Source of the DNA: an uncultured bacterium
GTDB taxonomy: Bacteria > Krumholzibacteriota > Krumholzibacteriia > JACNKJ01
NCBI GenBank assembly: GCA_963695095.1
Contig: CAVOFT010000001.1
Location: 1,120,001-1,184,000, forward strand
Reading direction: 5' to 3'
DNA: 64,000 nt
Position numbers and translations under genes: made by a program. Each line of letters opens with the position of its first letter. Position 1 is the first letter of the stretch. Shown here one piece after another: positions 31,670 through 41,031 of this stretch. The notes under the pieces were generated by a model. It was not told the DNA's origin. It did no database searches and saw nothing but the letters and a program-made list of their open reading frames with translations.

Positions 31670-34600
31670 TGCCGGTCCCCCCGGTGGAGGAGCTCGTAGA
31701 TCACGGGTGTCAGGTAGAGCGTGAACAAAGTGGTCAAGGTCAGCCCGCCGATGATGACGATGGCGAGCGGACGCTGCAACTGGGCGCCGGTGCCGATGCC
31801 GATCGCCATCGGCACCAGGGCGAGCACGGTGGTCCAGGTGGTCATCATGATCGGTCGGAAGCGCAGGCGGCCGGCCTCGAGCACGGCCTGGCGCAAGGGC
31901 AGGCCGTCGGCCTGCAGGCGCCGCGCCGTGGCCACCTTGACGATGGCATCGTTGACGCCGATGCCCAGCAGGGCGACCATGCCGATCAGCGAGATGATGT
32001 TCAGGGTGTTGCCGGTGACCATCAGCGAGAAGAGCGCGGCGAGCGCGCCGACCGGCAGCACCGCGGCGATGATCAGGGGATCCACGAAGCTCTCGAACTG
32101 GGCGGCCAGGATCATGTAGACGAGGAGCAGGGAGAGCAGCAGGGCCCAGCCGAGATCGCGGAAGCTGCGACCGATCTCCTCCTGCTCGCCGCCCTTGACG
32201 AAGACGAGGCCGCCGGGCGTGGGCGTGGCGGCGAGAATGCGGTCCACGTCCTCCCAGACCTGGTCGACGCCGCGTCCCTCGACGCTGCCGGCGATGCTGA
32301 TCTGCCGACGCTGGTCGCGGCGGACGATCTCGCGCACGGGGCGGTTCAGCTCCGTTTTCACGAAGGTGCCCAGGGTGACCGTCTTGCCGCCGGCCAGGCG
32401 CAGGGGGGAGGCGAGCACGGCGTCGAGGTCGCGCCGCTCGGCCAGGGGCAGGCGGACGCCGACGTCGATGCGCTGATCGATCTCGTTGAAGGTGGTGGCC
32501 ACCGTGCCCTGGATGCGGGCGCGCAGCTCCAGGGCGATGGACTCCGGCTCGAGGCCGTAGCGCAGAGCCAGCTCGCGATCGATGGTGGCCTCGAGCGTGG
32601 GGTTGCCGAGCACGCGGTCCATCTCGAGATCGCCAAGGCCGGGCACGGCGGCGAGGTGGGGCAGGAGGCCTTCCACCACGGCGAGGGCCGTCTCCGGCGA
32701 CGTGGAGACGACGCCGAGGGAGAAGGTGGCCTCGCCGCTGGCCAGCACCTCGCGCAGGCCGACGCCCTCGTCCTTGAACACCCAGCTGGCGCCGGCCAGC
32801 TTCGCCATCCGGGCGTCGAGCAGCGCCTTGACCTCTTCCATGTCCGTGCGACCGTGCCGGGACGGCGCGAGCATCACGCGCAGGCGGGCCACATTGGGCG
32901 CCGTGTACTCCTTGAGGCTGGCGAGGGTGCGCTCCGTCTCGCCGGCCTGCGTGTAGACCCTGGCCACGTGGGGCAAGGCCTCGGCGAAGGCCGCCAGCTC
33001 GCCGGCGATCTCGCCGGTGGCGTCCAGCGGCGTGCCGGCCGGCAGCTCGAGCTGCAGGCTGAAGTCGCCCTGATCGCGGTCGGGCAGGAAGCTGCGCCGG
33101 ATGTCCTTGCCCAGGAGGGCGGCGGCCGCCAGCAGGATGAGCAGCAAGCCCAGGAAGAGGGGCTTGTGGTCCAGCACCCAGGGCAAGGGGCGGTGGTAGA
33201 GATGCAGCAGGCGCTCCTGGAAGTCGTTCGTGAGCTGCACCGCGCGCGGCGTCCGGGCATGCGGGCGGAGCAGGCGGGCCGCGAGCATGGGCTGGAGCAG
33301 CAGGGCGCTGAGAATCGACACCAGCAGCGCGAAGGTGACGGTGAGCGCCTGGTCGCGGAAGAACTCCCCGGCGATCCCCGGCACGTAGATGACCGGGAAG
33401 AAGACGGCGATCGTCGTGAGCGTGGCGGCGATCACGGGCATCGCCACCTCGCGGGCGCCCTGCACGGCGCCCGCATCCCGTTCGGCCTGGGTCTTGCCGC
33501 GGCCGGCAAGGTGGCGGCTGATGTTCTCGAGCACGACGATCGAGTTGTCCACCAGCATGCCCGCGGCCAGGGAGAGCCCGCCCAGGGACATCAGGTTCAT
33601 GTTCACCTTCGCGACGTCGAGGCAGGCGAAGGTGGTGAAGATGGACACGGGCATGGCGATGCCCACGACCAGCGGACTCAAGAGGTCGCCCAGGCCGATG
33701 AGCAGGACGAGGAAGGCGAGCAGGGCGCCGATCAGCAGGGACTGCTGCAGGCCGCTCACGGACTCGGCGACGAAGTCCGCCTCGCGGTAGACGTAGCGGG
33801 TGGCGAAGGCGGAGTAGGTCGTCGTGAGCACGCCCAGCACCTCGTCGACGGTCTTGCTGGTGGTGATCGTGTTCTTGCCCACCTCCTTGTAGAGGTGCAG
33901 GCCCACGACTTCCTCGCGGCCGAGGAAGGTGGCGCCCTCGGGCTCCTTCACCGTGTCCTCGACGCGGGCGACATCGGCGATCGTGATGCCCGGCCCGGCG
34001 GCGGGGATCTCCGTCAGGCGGATCTCGTCCAGGTTCTCGAACTCGCCGAGGATGCGCAGGGGCAGGTGCAGGGGCCCCTTGCGGATGCGCCCGCCCGGAA
34101 AGCTGATGTTGGCGATGCGCAGGGCCGTGGCGAGGTCCTCGATGGTGAGGCCGTAGAGCCGCAGCTTGGCCAGGTCGGGCGTGACGAGGATCTCGCGCTC
34201 GGCGCCGCCGATCACCTCGGCCTGGCTGATGCCGTCGATCTGCTCGAGGGCCGGCTTCACCACCTCGCGGGCGAAGTCGGTCATCTCGCGCAGGGGGGCG
34301 TCGCCATCGAGAACCAGGATGGCGATGGGCCGCGCCGAAGGATCCCAGCGCAGGATGAGCGGGCGGTCGGCGACGGCCGGGAAGCTCTCGCCGTAGGCGA
34401 CCTGGTCCACGGCTTCGCGCATGTGCAGATTGGCGAAGTCCATGTCCGTGCCCCAGTCGTACTGGGCCGTGATCGTGGAGGTGCCTTCGCGGGTCTTGCT
34501 CACCACGCGGCGCACGCCCTCGAGGCCGGCGATGCGCTCTTCCAGGGGTTCCGTGACGAGGCGGACCAGATCGTCCGCCGGCGTGTCCGCGTAGTTGGTG

Positions 34601-34740
34601 ATGACCGTGAGATTGGGGTAGTTGATCGACGGCAGCAGGTCCAGGGCCAGCCGCCGCTGCCCCTGCACGCCGAGCAGAACGAGGCCGGCGAAGAGCATCA
34701 GCACCGCGACCGGGCGCCCCACGCTGCTGCGGATCATCAT
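31666..34740 (-). CDS. RND transporter permease subunit (AcrB family)
   Basis: RPVAV, VTEPLEE, GMLVDNSIVVLENI, YMILAAQFES, RFRPIMMTT, PLAIVIIGGL. Confidence 0.93.
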   Translation of the reverse strand: MMIRSSVGRPVAVLMLFAGLVLLGVQGQRRLALDLLPSINYPNLTVITNYADTPADDLVRLVTEPLEERIAGLEGVRRVVSKTREGTSTITAQYDWGTDMDFANLHMREAVDQVAYGESFPAVADRPLILRWDPSARPIAILVLDGDAPLREMTDFAREVVKPALEQIDGISQAEVIGGAEREILVTPDLAKLRLYGLTIEDLATALRIANISFPGGRIRKGPLHLPLRILGEFENLDEIRLTEIPAAGPGITIADVARVEDTVKEPEGATFLGREEVVGLHLYKEVGKNTITTSKTVDEVLGVLTTTYSAFATRYVYREADFVAESVSGLQQSLLIGALLAFLVLLIGLGDLLSPLVVGIAMPVSIFTTFACLDVAKVNMNLMSLGGLSLAAGMLVDNSIVVLENISRHLAGRGKTQAERDAGAVQGAREVAMPVIAATLTTIAVFFPVIYVPGIAGEFFRDQALTVTFALLVSILSALLLQPMLAARLLRPHARTPRAVQLTNDFQERLLHLYHRPLPWVLDHKPLFLGLLLILLAAAALLGKDIRRSFLPDRDQGDFSLQLELPAGTPLDATGEIAGELAAFAEALPHVARVYTQAGETERTLASLKEYTAPNVARLRVMLAPSRHGRTDMEEVKALLDARMAKLAGASWVFKDEGVGLREVLASGEATFSLGVVSTSPETALAVVEGLLPHLAAVPGLGDLEMDRVLGNPTLEATIDRELALRYGLEPESIALELRARIQGTVATTFNEIDQRIDVGVRLPLAERRDLDAVLASPLRLAGGKTVTLGTFVKTELNRPVREIVRRDQRRQISIAGSVEGRGVDQVWEDVDRILAATPTPGGLVFVKGGEQEEIGRSFRDLGWALLLSLLLVYMILAAQFESFVDPLIIAAVLPVGALAALFSLMVTGNTLNIISLIGMVALLGIGVNDAIVKVATARRLQADGLPLRQAVLEAGRLRFRPIMMTTWTTVLALVPMAIGIGTGAQLQRPLAIVIIGGLTLTTLFTLYLTPVIYELLHRGDRQ

Positions 34741-36044
34741 GGGCCGTCGACCTGGGCAGGGGCGAGGCCCCAGCGATCGCGGGGCGTCAGGCGCCGGCGG
34801 ACGTCGATCTTGGCCTCGTGGGCCAGGGTCAGGTGATCGCTGACCACGACCTCGTCACCCGGCTCCAGGGTGCCGCCGCTGTGCACGTTCTGGATCTCGA
34901 TCCAGCTGTCGTTCTCCAGGCCCACGGTGACGTAGAGCCACTGCGCCTCGTCGCCGGACACCTTGAAGACCAGGGGGCGGTCGTCGCGGATGAGCACCGC
35001 CGATTTGGGCACGAGCAGTCGGTCCGGGAAAACGAAGCCGGCGATCTCGGCGCGGGCGAACATGCCGGGCCGGAAGCGCCCGCCCCGGTTGGGGAAGCGC
35101 AGGATGCACTCGCAGGTGCGGCTGGCGGCGTCCAGGCTGGGCGAGATGACGTCGATCGCGGCCTTGAGCGTGTCGGCCACCGCCGGCACGGCGATCAGGG
35201 CGGGCCGGCCTTCGCTGAGATTGGCCAGATCCGCCTCGAGCACGTGCACCACCGCCTCGAGCTTGCTGTTGTCGTAGAGCGAGAGCAGGGTTTGCCCCAC
35301 GCTGATGTTCTCGCCCACCACGGCCGCCAGTCCCTGCACGGTGCCGGCAAAGGGAGCGCGGATCTCCGTGTACTCCAGGGCCAGGCGCGCGCGCTCCACC
35401 GAGACGCGGGCCGCGGCCAGCCCCGTGCGCTGCTCGAGGACCTCCTGGCGGAAAGCGCCCTTGTCCAGGGCGTTCAGTTCCAGGGCGAGCAGGCGGGCGC
35501 GGTACTCCTCGTCGCCGAGGCCGCCCTCGCCGTGGGCTTGCTCCAGCTCCTGGCGCGCGGCATCGAATTCCCCGGCGGCCCGAGCGTCGCCGACGAAGCT
35601 GTCGGCTTCGGCCGCCACCTGGGACAGCGCCTGCAAGTGCGCGTAGCGTGCCGCCTCCAGGTCCAGCCGGTAGCCGCGGGGATCGATGCGGGCGAGCAGT
35701 TGACCCTGCTTGACGCGATCGCCGTCGCGCACGCCCACTTCGACGAGCTCGCCGCCCACCTTGACGCGGACGGCCAGCGAGCGCGGCGTGCGGATCTCGC
35801 CATCGGCGTAGATCGAGGTGACCAGATCGCCTCGCTGCACCGCGCCGATATTCACCTTGATCGCCTTCTCCGGCTCGGGCTCGGCCTCCGCGCTGGTGTC
35901 GGCGGCTGCCGCGGTGGAGTCCGCGCCCGCGCCCTCGCCCTGCTTGCCGCAGCCGAGGGGGGCGGCGAGCAGCAGGCCGAGGACGCCGAAGGTGAAGAGG
36001 AAGCTGGCAAGGTCGGCGCGGGGGCGGTAGCGCGGCAGGGACAT
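34737..36044 (-). CDS. RND periplasmic adaptor (membrane fusion protein), probable lipoprotein
   Basis: LGC after hydrophobic stretch, V..GD.VKQGQLLARID, long helical hairpin, IRAPFAG.V, RPGMF, L.VPKSAV. Confidence 0.9.
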   Translation of the reverse strand: MSLPRYRPRADLASFLFTFGVLGLLLAAPLGCGKQGEGAGADSTAAAADTSAEAEPEPEKAIKVNIGAVQRGDLVTSIYADGEIRTPRSLAVRVKVGGELVEVGVRDGDRVKQGQLLARIDPRGYRLDLEAARYAHLQALSQVAAEADSFVGDARAAGEFDAARQELEQAHGEGGLGDEEYRARLLALELNALDKGAFRQEVLEQRTGLAAARVSVERARLALEYTEIRAPFAGTVQGLAAVVGENISVGQTLLSLYDNSKLEAVVHVLEADLANLSEGRPALIAVPAVADTLKAAIDVISPSLDAASRTCECILRFPNRGGRFRPGMFARAEIAGFVFPDRLLVPKSAVLIRDDRPLVFKVSGDEAQWLYVTVGLENDSWIEIQNVHSGGTLEPGDEVVVSDHLTLAHEAKIDVRRRLTPRDRWGLAPAQVDGP

Positions 36045-36067
36045 CGAAGACCTCGGTGGGGCGGGAG

Positions 36068-36104
36068 AAAACGGCAACCGGGCTCCTACGCGGGCCCGGT
36101 TGCC
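36068..36104 (-). terminator. Intrinsic terminator between the propeller genes and the adaptor/RND genes
   Basis: Perfect 11-bp stem GGCAACCGGGC/GCCCGGTTGCC followed by GTTTT on the minus strand, 17 nt after the propeller stop. Confidence 0.6.
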
Positions 36105-36121
36105 TGGTTTCCAAGTGCTGA

Positions 36122-37337
36122 TCAAGGCATCGAGTAGCAGATCACTTCCAGCGCCGGGGCCTCGGCGGCCGCCTCGGCTTCGCCGGCCACGGCCTGCTGC
36201 GTGAGCCAGGCGTCAAGGGCGCCGCGCAGGACAATGACGCGGTCGCTGCCCAGCATGACGAGGCCGTCCTTGCGCGGGTCGCCCGGACAGCGCAGGGCGA
36301 GCTGGCGGACGTAGCGCCCGCTCGCGTCGAAGACATCCAGCAGGGCGAAGACGCCGGCCGGACGCGCGCTCATGTCACCGGGCTGGACCAGCACATTGCC
36401 CTTGCCGTCGAGGAAGAGACCGGCCACGGCCGGCTCCGTGGGTTCGATCGAGGTGCCCTTCAGCGGCGTCGGGTAGTAGCTGCCGATAGCCTCCATGATC
36501 CGGGTGGCGGTCGCCTTGCCCTCGGCATCGCGGGCGGGCGCCGCGTAGGCGCGGCCGAACTCGCGCTCGACGCTGCCGTCCGGCGCCTGGACGCGAATCA
36601 GGTACTCGTTCCGCGTCGGCGCCGTGTAGAGCTTGCCGTCGCCGCTCACCGTGAAGCGATTCCAGACGAAGTCCATCTTGCCTTCATCGAGGCGGAAGTC
36701 GCTGTAGTCGATCTGGTAGCTCTTGCTCAGGTACTCGACCTCTCTCCTTGCCCGCGCCGTCGCAGCGGGAGAGGAAGAAGGTCTGATCGCTGACGGCACC
36801 GCCGCCGAAGCTCATGCGAATGCCGAGCAGGACCATTTCGTTGGCCGGCGCGCCGAAGCCGGCGTTGAGCACGCAGAAGGCGCCCTGCTCGGCGCCGGGG
36901 CCCTGATAGGTGGCATCCCCCGCCGGCGAGCCATCCGGGTGCAGCAGGACGATGCGCCCGGGGAAGGACTGCAGCAGGCCGAGGCGGCCGTCGCTGAGCA
37001 GGAACATGCCGCCGGGGCGGCGCACCTCGCCGGGGCCGTCGCCCTCGCGGCCCAGCGTGGCCAGGTGCTCGCCGGTGGGCGAGTAGACCTGCACGTTGGA
37101 CTGCTGGGTGTCGAGAATGTAGATCTCGCCGCCGGCGCCCCGCTGCACGCCGCCGACGGAGCCGAAGAAGATCTCGTCGTCCTCGCCGCCGGCCCGCCAG
37201 AGCTCCTTGAGGGCGATTTCCTTCCGGCCCTCGGCCGGCTTGTCGCCGCTGTGCACGCGGGGGGGCGCGGCAGCGGCCGCAGCCGTCACTGCCAGGCTGA
37301 TCGCAAACAGAAGCGGAAGTCCGAGTCGCGCGTTCAT
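36122..37337 (-). CDS. Secreted 6-bladed (NHL-like) beta-propeller protein, copy 2; frameshift near 36743
   Basis: Signal peptide, ELWRAGGEDD, IYILD, GREGDGPGE, DVFDASGRY, C-terminal EVICYS; split over ORFs 36684-37337 and 36122-36799 at a GA run. Confidence 0.8.
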
Positions 37338-37363
37338 TGTGCCTCCTTGGCCCGCGGGCCGCC

Positions 37364-38611
37364 TTACTTGGTGCTGTAGCAGATCACTTCCATCGCGGCA
37401 GCTTCCTCGTCGGCACCCTCGCCGCCCATGGCCGCCATCGCCGCGTCCCAGAAGCCGGTGACCTGGATGGCCAGGCCTTCCTCGGTGAGGAAGAGCCAGT
37501 CGGTGGCGGAATCCCCGGGCGCCTTGGCCTTGACCTGCTTGACGAACTCGCCCGTGGGCGAGAAGACGTCCCAGGCCGCCAGGATGCCCGGCTCGGGCGT
37601 GTAGAGCGCGCGGCTGGTGAGCACCCAGGTGCTGCCGTCGGCAGCGCAGCGAATGCTCTGCACGTCGGGCTCCTGGTCCTCGATCACGGGCGTGGGTCGG
37701 TTGGGGAACTGCTGCGACTGCGCCTGCATCAGGCTCTGGTAGCGCTGGCGCACCTTGTCGTTGCGGGTCCAGGATTCGTACTGGCGCTCGATCACGCGCT
37801 CGAGCTTGCCCGCGGCGCTGTAGACGCTGAGCGCATACTCCAGCGGCGCCGGGGCCACGACGACCTGGCCCTTGGGGCTGACGCCGAAGCGGCGCCAGAC
37901 GAAGTCGTTGTCTTTCTCGAGGAACTGGAAGTTGTCGTTGAAGACCCAGGTGCGATCGGTGGCCATGAACTCGGCCTTCTGGGCGCCGTCCATGCCGTAG
38001 CTGCGCACGAAGTAGTGGCGCTTCTGGCTCAGCGTCGCCTGGTCGAAGGTCATCTCGATGCCGGTGAGGACGAGATTGCCGCCGCCGCTCTCGGCGTTGA
38101 TGAGGACGAAGAAGCCCCCGGCGGTGGGATCGGTCTTGCCCGGCTCGATGTCCTTGCCCGGGCTGCCGTCGGGCTTGAGGCCGATCAGCTTGCCGGGGAA
38201 GACCTGGGCGACGCCGATGTTGCCGTCGGGCAGGAAGCTGAATTGCTGGGCGTTGCGGAACTCGCCCGGGCCCTCGCCCTCGCGGCCGATGCTGCGCAGC
38301 AGTTCGCCCTCGGGGGAGATCACCTTGATCTCGTTGAGCTGGGCGTCGAGCAGGTAGATGTTGCCGTCGGCGCCCACGGCGGCGTCGGTGATGATGCCGA
38401 AGAGGATCTCCTCGTCGTCCTCGCCGCCGCGCCGCCAGAGCTCGGTGAGCGTGAGCGTCTCGACGCCGTTCTTGGGCGTGGCGCCGTTCTTCACATGGGG
38501 GACGCCGTCCGTCTGGGCGGCGGCGGGCTGGCTGAGCCCGAGGGCGAAGAGGGCCAGGGCAAGACAGCCGAGGGCGGCCAGGGCAAGCGCGCGCAGGGGG
38601 CGAATACTCAT
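37364..38611 (-). CDS. Secreted 6-bladed (NHL-like) beta-propeller protein, copy 1
   Basis: Signal peptide, ELWRRGGEDD, IYLLD, GREGEGPGEF, DVFSPTGEF, C-terminal EVICYS. Confidence 0.85.
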   Translation of the reverse strand: MSIRPLRALALAALGCLALALFALGLSQPAAAQTDGVPHVKNGATPKNGVETLTLTELWRRGGEDDEEILFGIITDAAVGADGNIYLLDAQLNEIKVISPEGELLRSIGREGEGPGEFRNAQQFSFLPDGNIGVAQVFPGKLIGLKPDGSPGKDIEPGKTDPTAGGFFVLINAESGGGNLVLTGIEMTFDQATLSQKRHYFVRSYGMDGAQKAEFMATDRTWVFNDNFQFLEKDNDFVWRRFGVSPKGQVVVAPAPLEYALSVYSAAGKLERVIERQYESWTRNDKVRQRYQSLMQAQSQQFPNRPTPVIEDQEPDVQSIRCAADGSTWVLTSRALYTPEPGILAAWDVFSPTGEFVKQVKAKAPGDSATDWLFLTEEGLAIQVTGFWDAAMAAMGGEGADEEAAAMEVICYSTK

Positions 38612-38725
38612 CAGGGGACTCCTTGTCAGGCGGGTGGTCGCGACCGCTGGATTGGCGGGGCGGGACAGGCTCCCTTACCCGGCCGCAGCCGTACTATTCG
38701 AGAAGACCATGTGCGCCGCCTCGGG

Positions 38726-40000
38726 TCAAGGGGCCGAGACGGGCGGCTCTTCATCATCCAGATGGGGCAGGAAGGGCAGGGTGGCCAGGCCGGGCAGGCC
38801 GAGGATCACGACGAGTAGAAAGAACCGGGGATAGCCCAATGCTTCCTGGATGGCTCCGCTCGCCATGCCGGGCAGCATCATGCCCAGGGCCATGATTCCC
38901 GTTGCGATGGCGTAATGCGAAGTCCGATGGCGCCCGCGCGAGATGCGCATGAAGTAGACCATGAAGGCGGTGGCCCCCAGGCCGTAGCCGAGCTGCTCGA
39001 GCGCGACGAGCAGGAAGACCAGGGCCGGCGCCGGCTGCACCTGGGCCATGTAGAGGTAGGCCGTGTTCGGAACGTTGAGCGCCAGGGCCAGCGGCCAGAT
39101 CAAGCGCCGGAGGCCGAAGCGCGCGATCAGCCAACCGCCGGCGATGCCGCCCAGGATCAGGCAGCCCAGGCCCAGGGTGCCGTAGGCCAGGCCCACCTGG
39201 GCCGTGCTCAGGCCCAGCCCGCCATCTGCGCGGGCGTCCAGCATGAAGGGCGCGGCCAGCTTGAGCAGGAGAGCCTCGCCCAGCCGGTAGAGCAGGATGA
39301 AGGCGATGATGACGGCGGCGCGCCTCTGGCCGAACCAGTCGGCGAAGATGCGCCCCCAGTGGGCCGGCGGCTCGGTCGCCGCGCGGGGGCCGGGCGCATC
39401 GGCCGGCGGGCGGGGGAGCGCGAAGCGGTGCCAGAGCCAGAGGCCGCCGAAGACGCCGGCGGCGAGGGCGAAGGCCAGGGTCCAGGCGCGCGGGATGTCG
39501 CCCAGGCTCAGCTCCAGCCGGCCGGCCAGGGTGACGAGCAGGCCGGAGCCGAAGATCATCGCCGCCCGGTAGAAGAGCGTGCGCACGCCGACGAAGAGGG
39601 CCTGCTGGCGCGCGTCCAGGGCGTAGAGGTAGAAGCCGTCGGCGGCGATGTCGTGGGTGGCCGAGGCGAGGGCGGCGAACCAGAAGACGGCCAGCGTGAC
39701 CGCGAAGGCGCTGGGCAGCCCGATGCCGATGGCCAGGGCGGCCAGGCTGACGGTGAGCGCGAGCTGGGTGCCGAGAATCCAGTTCCGCTTCGTCCCGCGC
39801 GTATCGACGAGGGGACTCCAGAGCATCTTCGCCACCCAGGGCAGGTAGAGCAGGCTGGTCCAGAAGGCGATGGCCGCGTTGTCCATGCCCAGGCGCTTGT
39901 AGAGAATCACCGAGACCGAGTTGACGAGGATGTAGGGCACGCCCTCGGCGAAGTAGAGCGTCGGCACGAAGACCCAGGGGGAGCGCGACGAGGCGGGCAT
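38726..40000 (-). CDS. AmpG-like MFS permease
   Basis: PTLYFAEG.PY, LPW..K..WSP.VD, SATHDIAADGFY, about 12 TM helices. Confidence 0.85.
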   Translation of the reverse strand: MPASSRSPWVFVPTLYFAEGVPYILVNSVSVILYKRLGMDNAAIAFWTSLLYLPWVAKMLWSPLVDTRGTKRNWILGTQLALTVSLAALAIGIGLPSAFAVTLAVFWFAALASATHDIAADGFYLYALDARQQALFVGVRTLFYRAAMIFGSGLLVTLAGRLELSLGDIPRAWTLAFALAAGVFGGLWLWHRFALPRPPADAPGPRAATEPPAHWGRIFADWFGQRRAAVIIAFILLYRLGEALLLKLAAPFMLDARADGGLGLSTAQVGLAYGTLGLGCLILGGIAGGWLIARFGLRRLIWPLALALNVPNTAYLYMAQVQPAPALVFLLVALEQLGYGLGATAFMVYFMRISRGRHRTSHYAIATGIMALGMMLPGMASGAIQEALGYPRFFLLVVILGLPGLATLPFLPHLDDEEPPVSAP

Positions 40001-40024
40001 GGCGACCCCTTTCCGGCGCTGCGT

Positions 40025-40843
40025 CTAGCCCTTCGCCAGCCCGAGGGCCAGCGCAGCCAGCACCGCCAGGCCGGCGCCGATGCGATACCAGGCGAAGGGC
40101 ACGAAGGAGCGCCGCGAGACGAAGGCGATCAACCAGTTGATCACGGCGAGCGCCACGATGAAGGAGACGATGAAGCCGATGGCGAAGACGGGCAGGTCGG
40201 CCAGGCTCATCTGATCGCGCACGCCGGCGAGCTTGAGGATCGAGGCGCCCAGCATGGCCGGTATCGCCAGGAAGAAGGAGAACTCCGTGGCGGCCAGGCG
40301 GGAGAGGCCGAGCAGGAGGCCGCCCATGATCGTCGCGCCCGAGCGCGAGACGCCGGGGAAGAGGATCGAGAGCACCTGGATGGCGCCCACGCCCAGGGCG
40401 AGGCGCCAGGTGAGATCGTCGATGCCGGCCGCGCGCACCGGGCGCTGCCGGCGCTCGATGAGCAGGATGGCGATGCCGCCGCCGATGAGGGCCAGGGCCA
40501 CGGGCAGGGGCTTGAAGAAGTGGGCCTCGATCCAGGCCTCGGTGGGCAGGCCGACGACGATGGCCGGCAGCGTGCCGATCACCAGGTTCACGATCAGCCG
40601 GCGGGAGGGCTCGTCGTGGGGCCAGTTGACCGCCACGCCGAAGAGCTTGACCCGGTAGCGCCAGACCACGGCCAGGATCGCGCCCAGCTGGATGAAGATG
40701 ACGAAGGCGTTTTCCTTGGCGCCCTCGAAGCCGAGCAGGGTCTGGGTGAGAATGAGGTGCCCGGTGGAGGAGACGGGGATGAACTCCGTGGCCCCCTCGA
40801 CGATGCCGAGGATGGCGGCCTTGAGCCAGAGCAGCAGATCCAT
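40025..40843 (-). CDS. uppP: Undecaprenyl-diphosphate phosphatase
   Basis: GIVEGATEFIPVSSTGHL, IQLGAILAV, PGVSRSGATI, EFSFFLAIP. Confidence 0.95.
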   Translation of the reverse strand: MDLLLWLKAAILGIVEGATEFIPVSSTGHLILTQTLLGFEGAKENAFVIFIQLGAILAVVWRYRVKLFGVAVNWPHDEPSRRLIVNLVIGTLPAIVVGLPTEAWIEAHFFKPLPVALALIGGGIAILLIERRQRPVRAAGIDDLTWRLALGVGAIQVLSILFPGVSRSGATIMGGLLLGLSRLAATEFSFFLAIPAMLGASILKLAGVRDQMSLADLPVFAIGFIVSFIVALAVINWLIAFVSRRSFVPFAWYRIGAGLAVLAALALGLAKG

Positions 40844-41031
40844 GCGTCTCCTGCGGGGGAGGAAGTGGCGGGCGAGGTGGCGGAGCCTACTCGATCGGCG
40901 CAGTGTGGGCAACTGGAAGCATGCGCCGCGGTCGCTCCGCCGGCGCTCCGCGGCGCCTGCCGATCGGGGGCGGACCTGGCGCCTTGCCCCGGCATGGTCT
41001 ACACTCGCGGCAGGATCAAGGAGGGCCTGCG

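Noticed and set aside
27540..34836. Very long alternative-frame and antisense ORFs (e.g. 1305, 1177, 1055 aa) and similar ones across the window
   Set aside because: Expected shadows of high-GC coding sequence; Arg/Pro/Gly-rich with no motifs.
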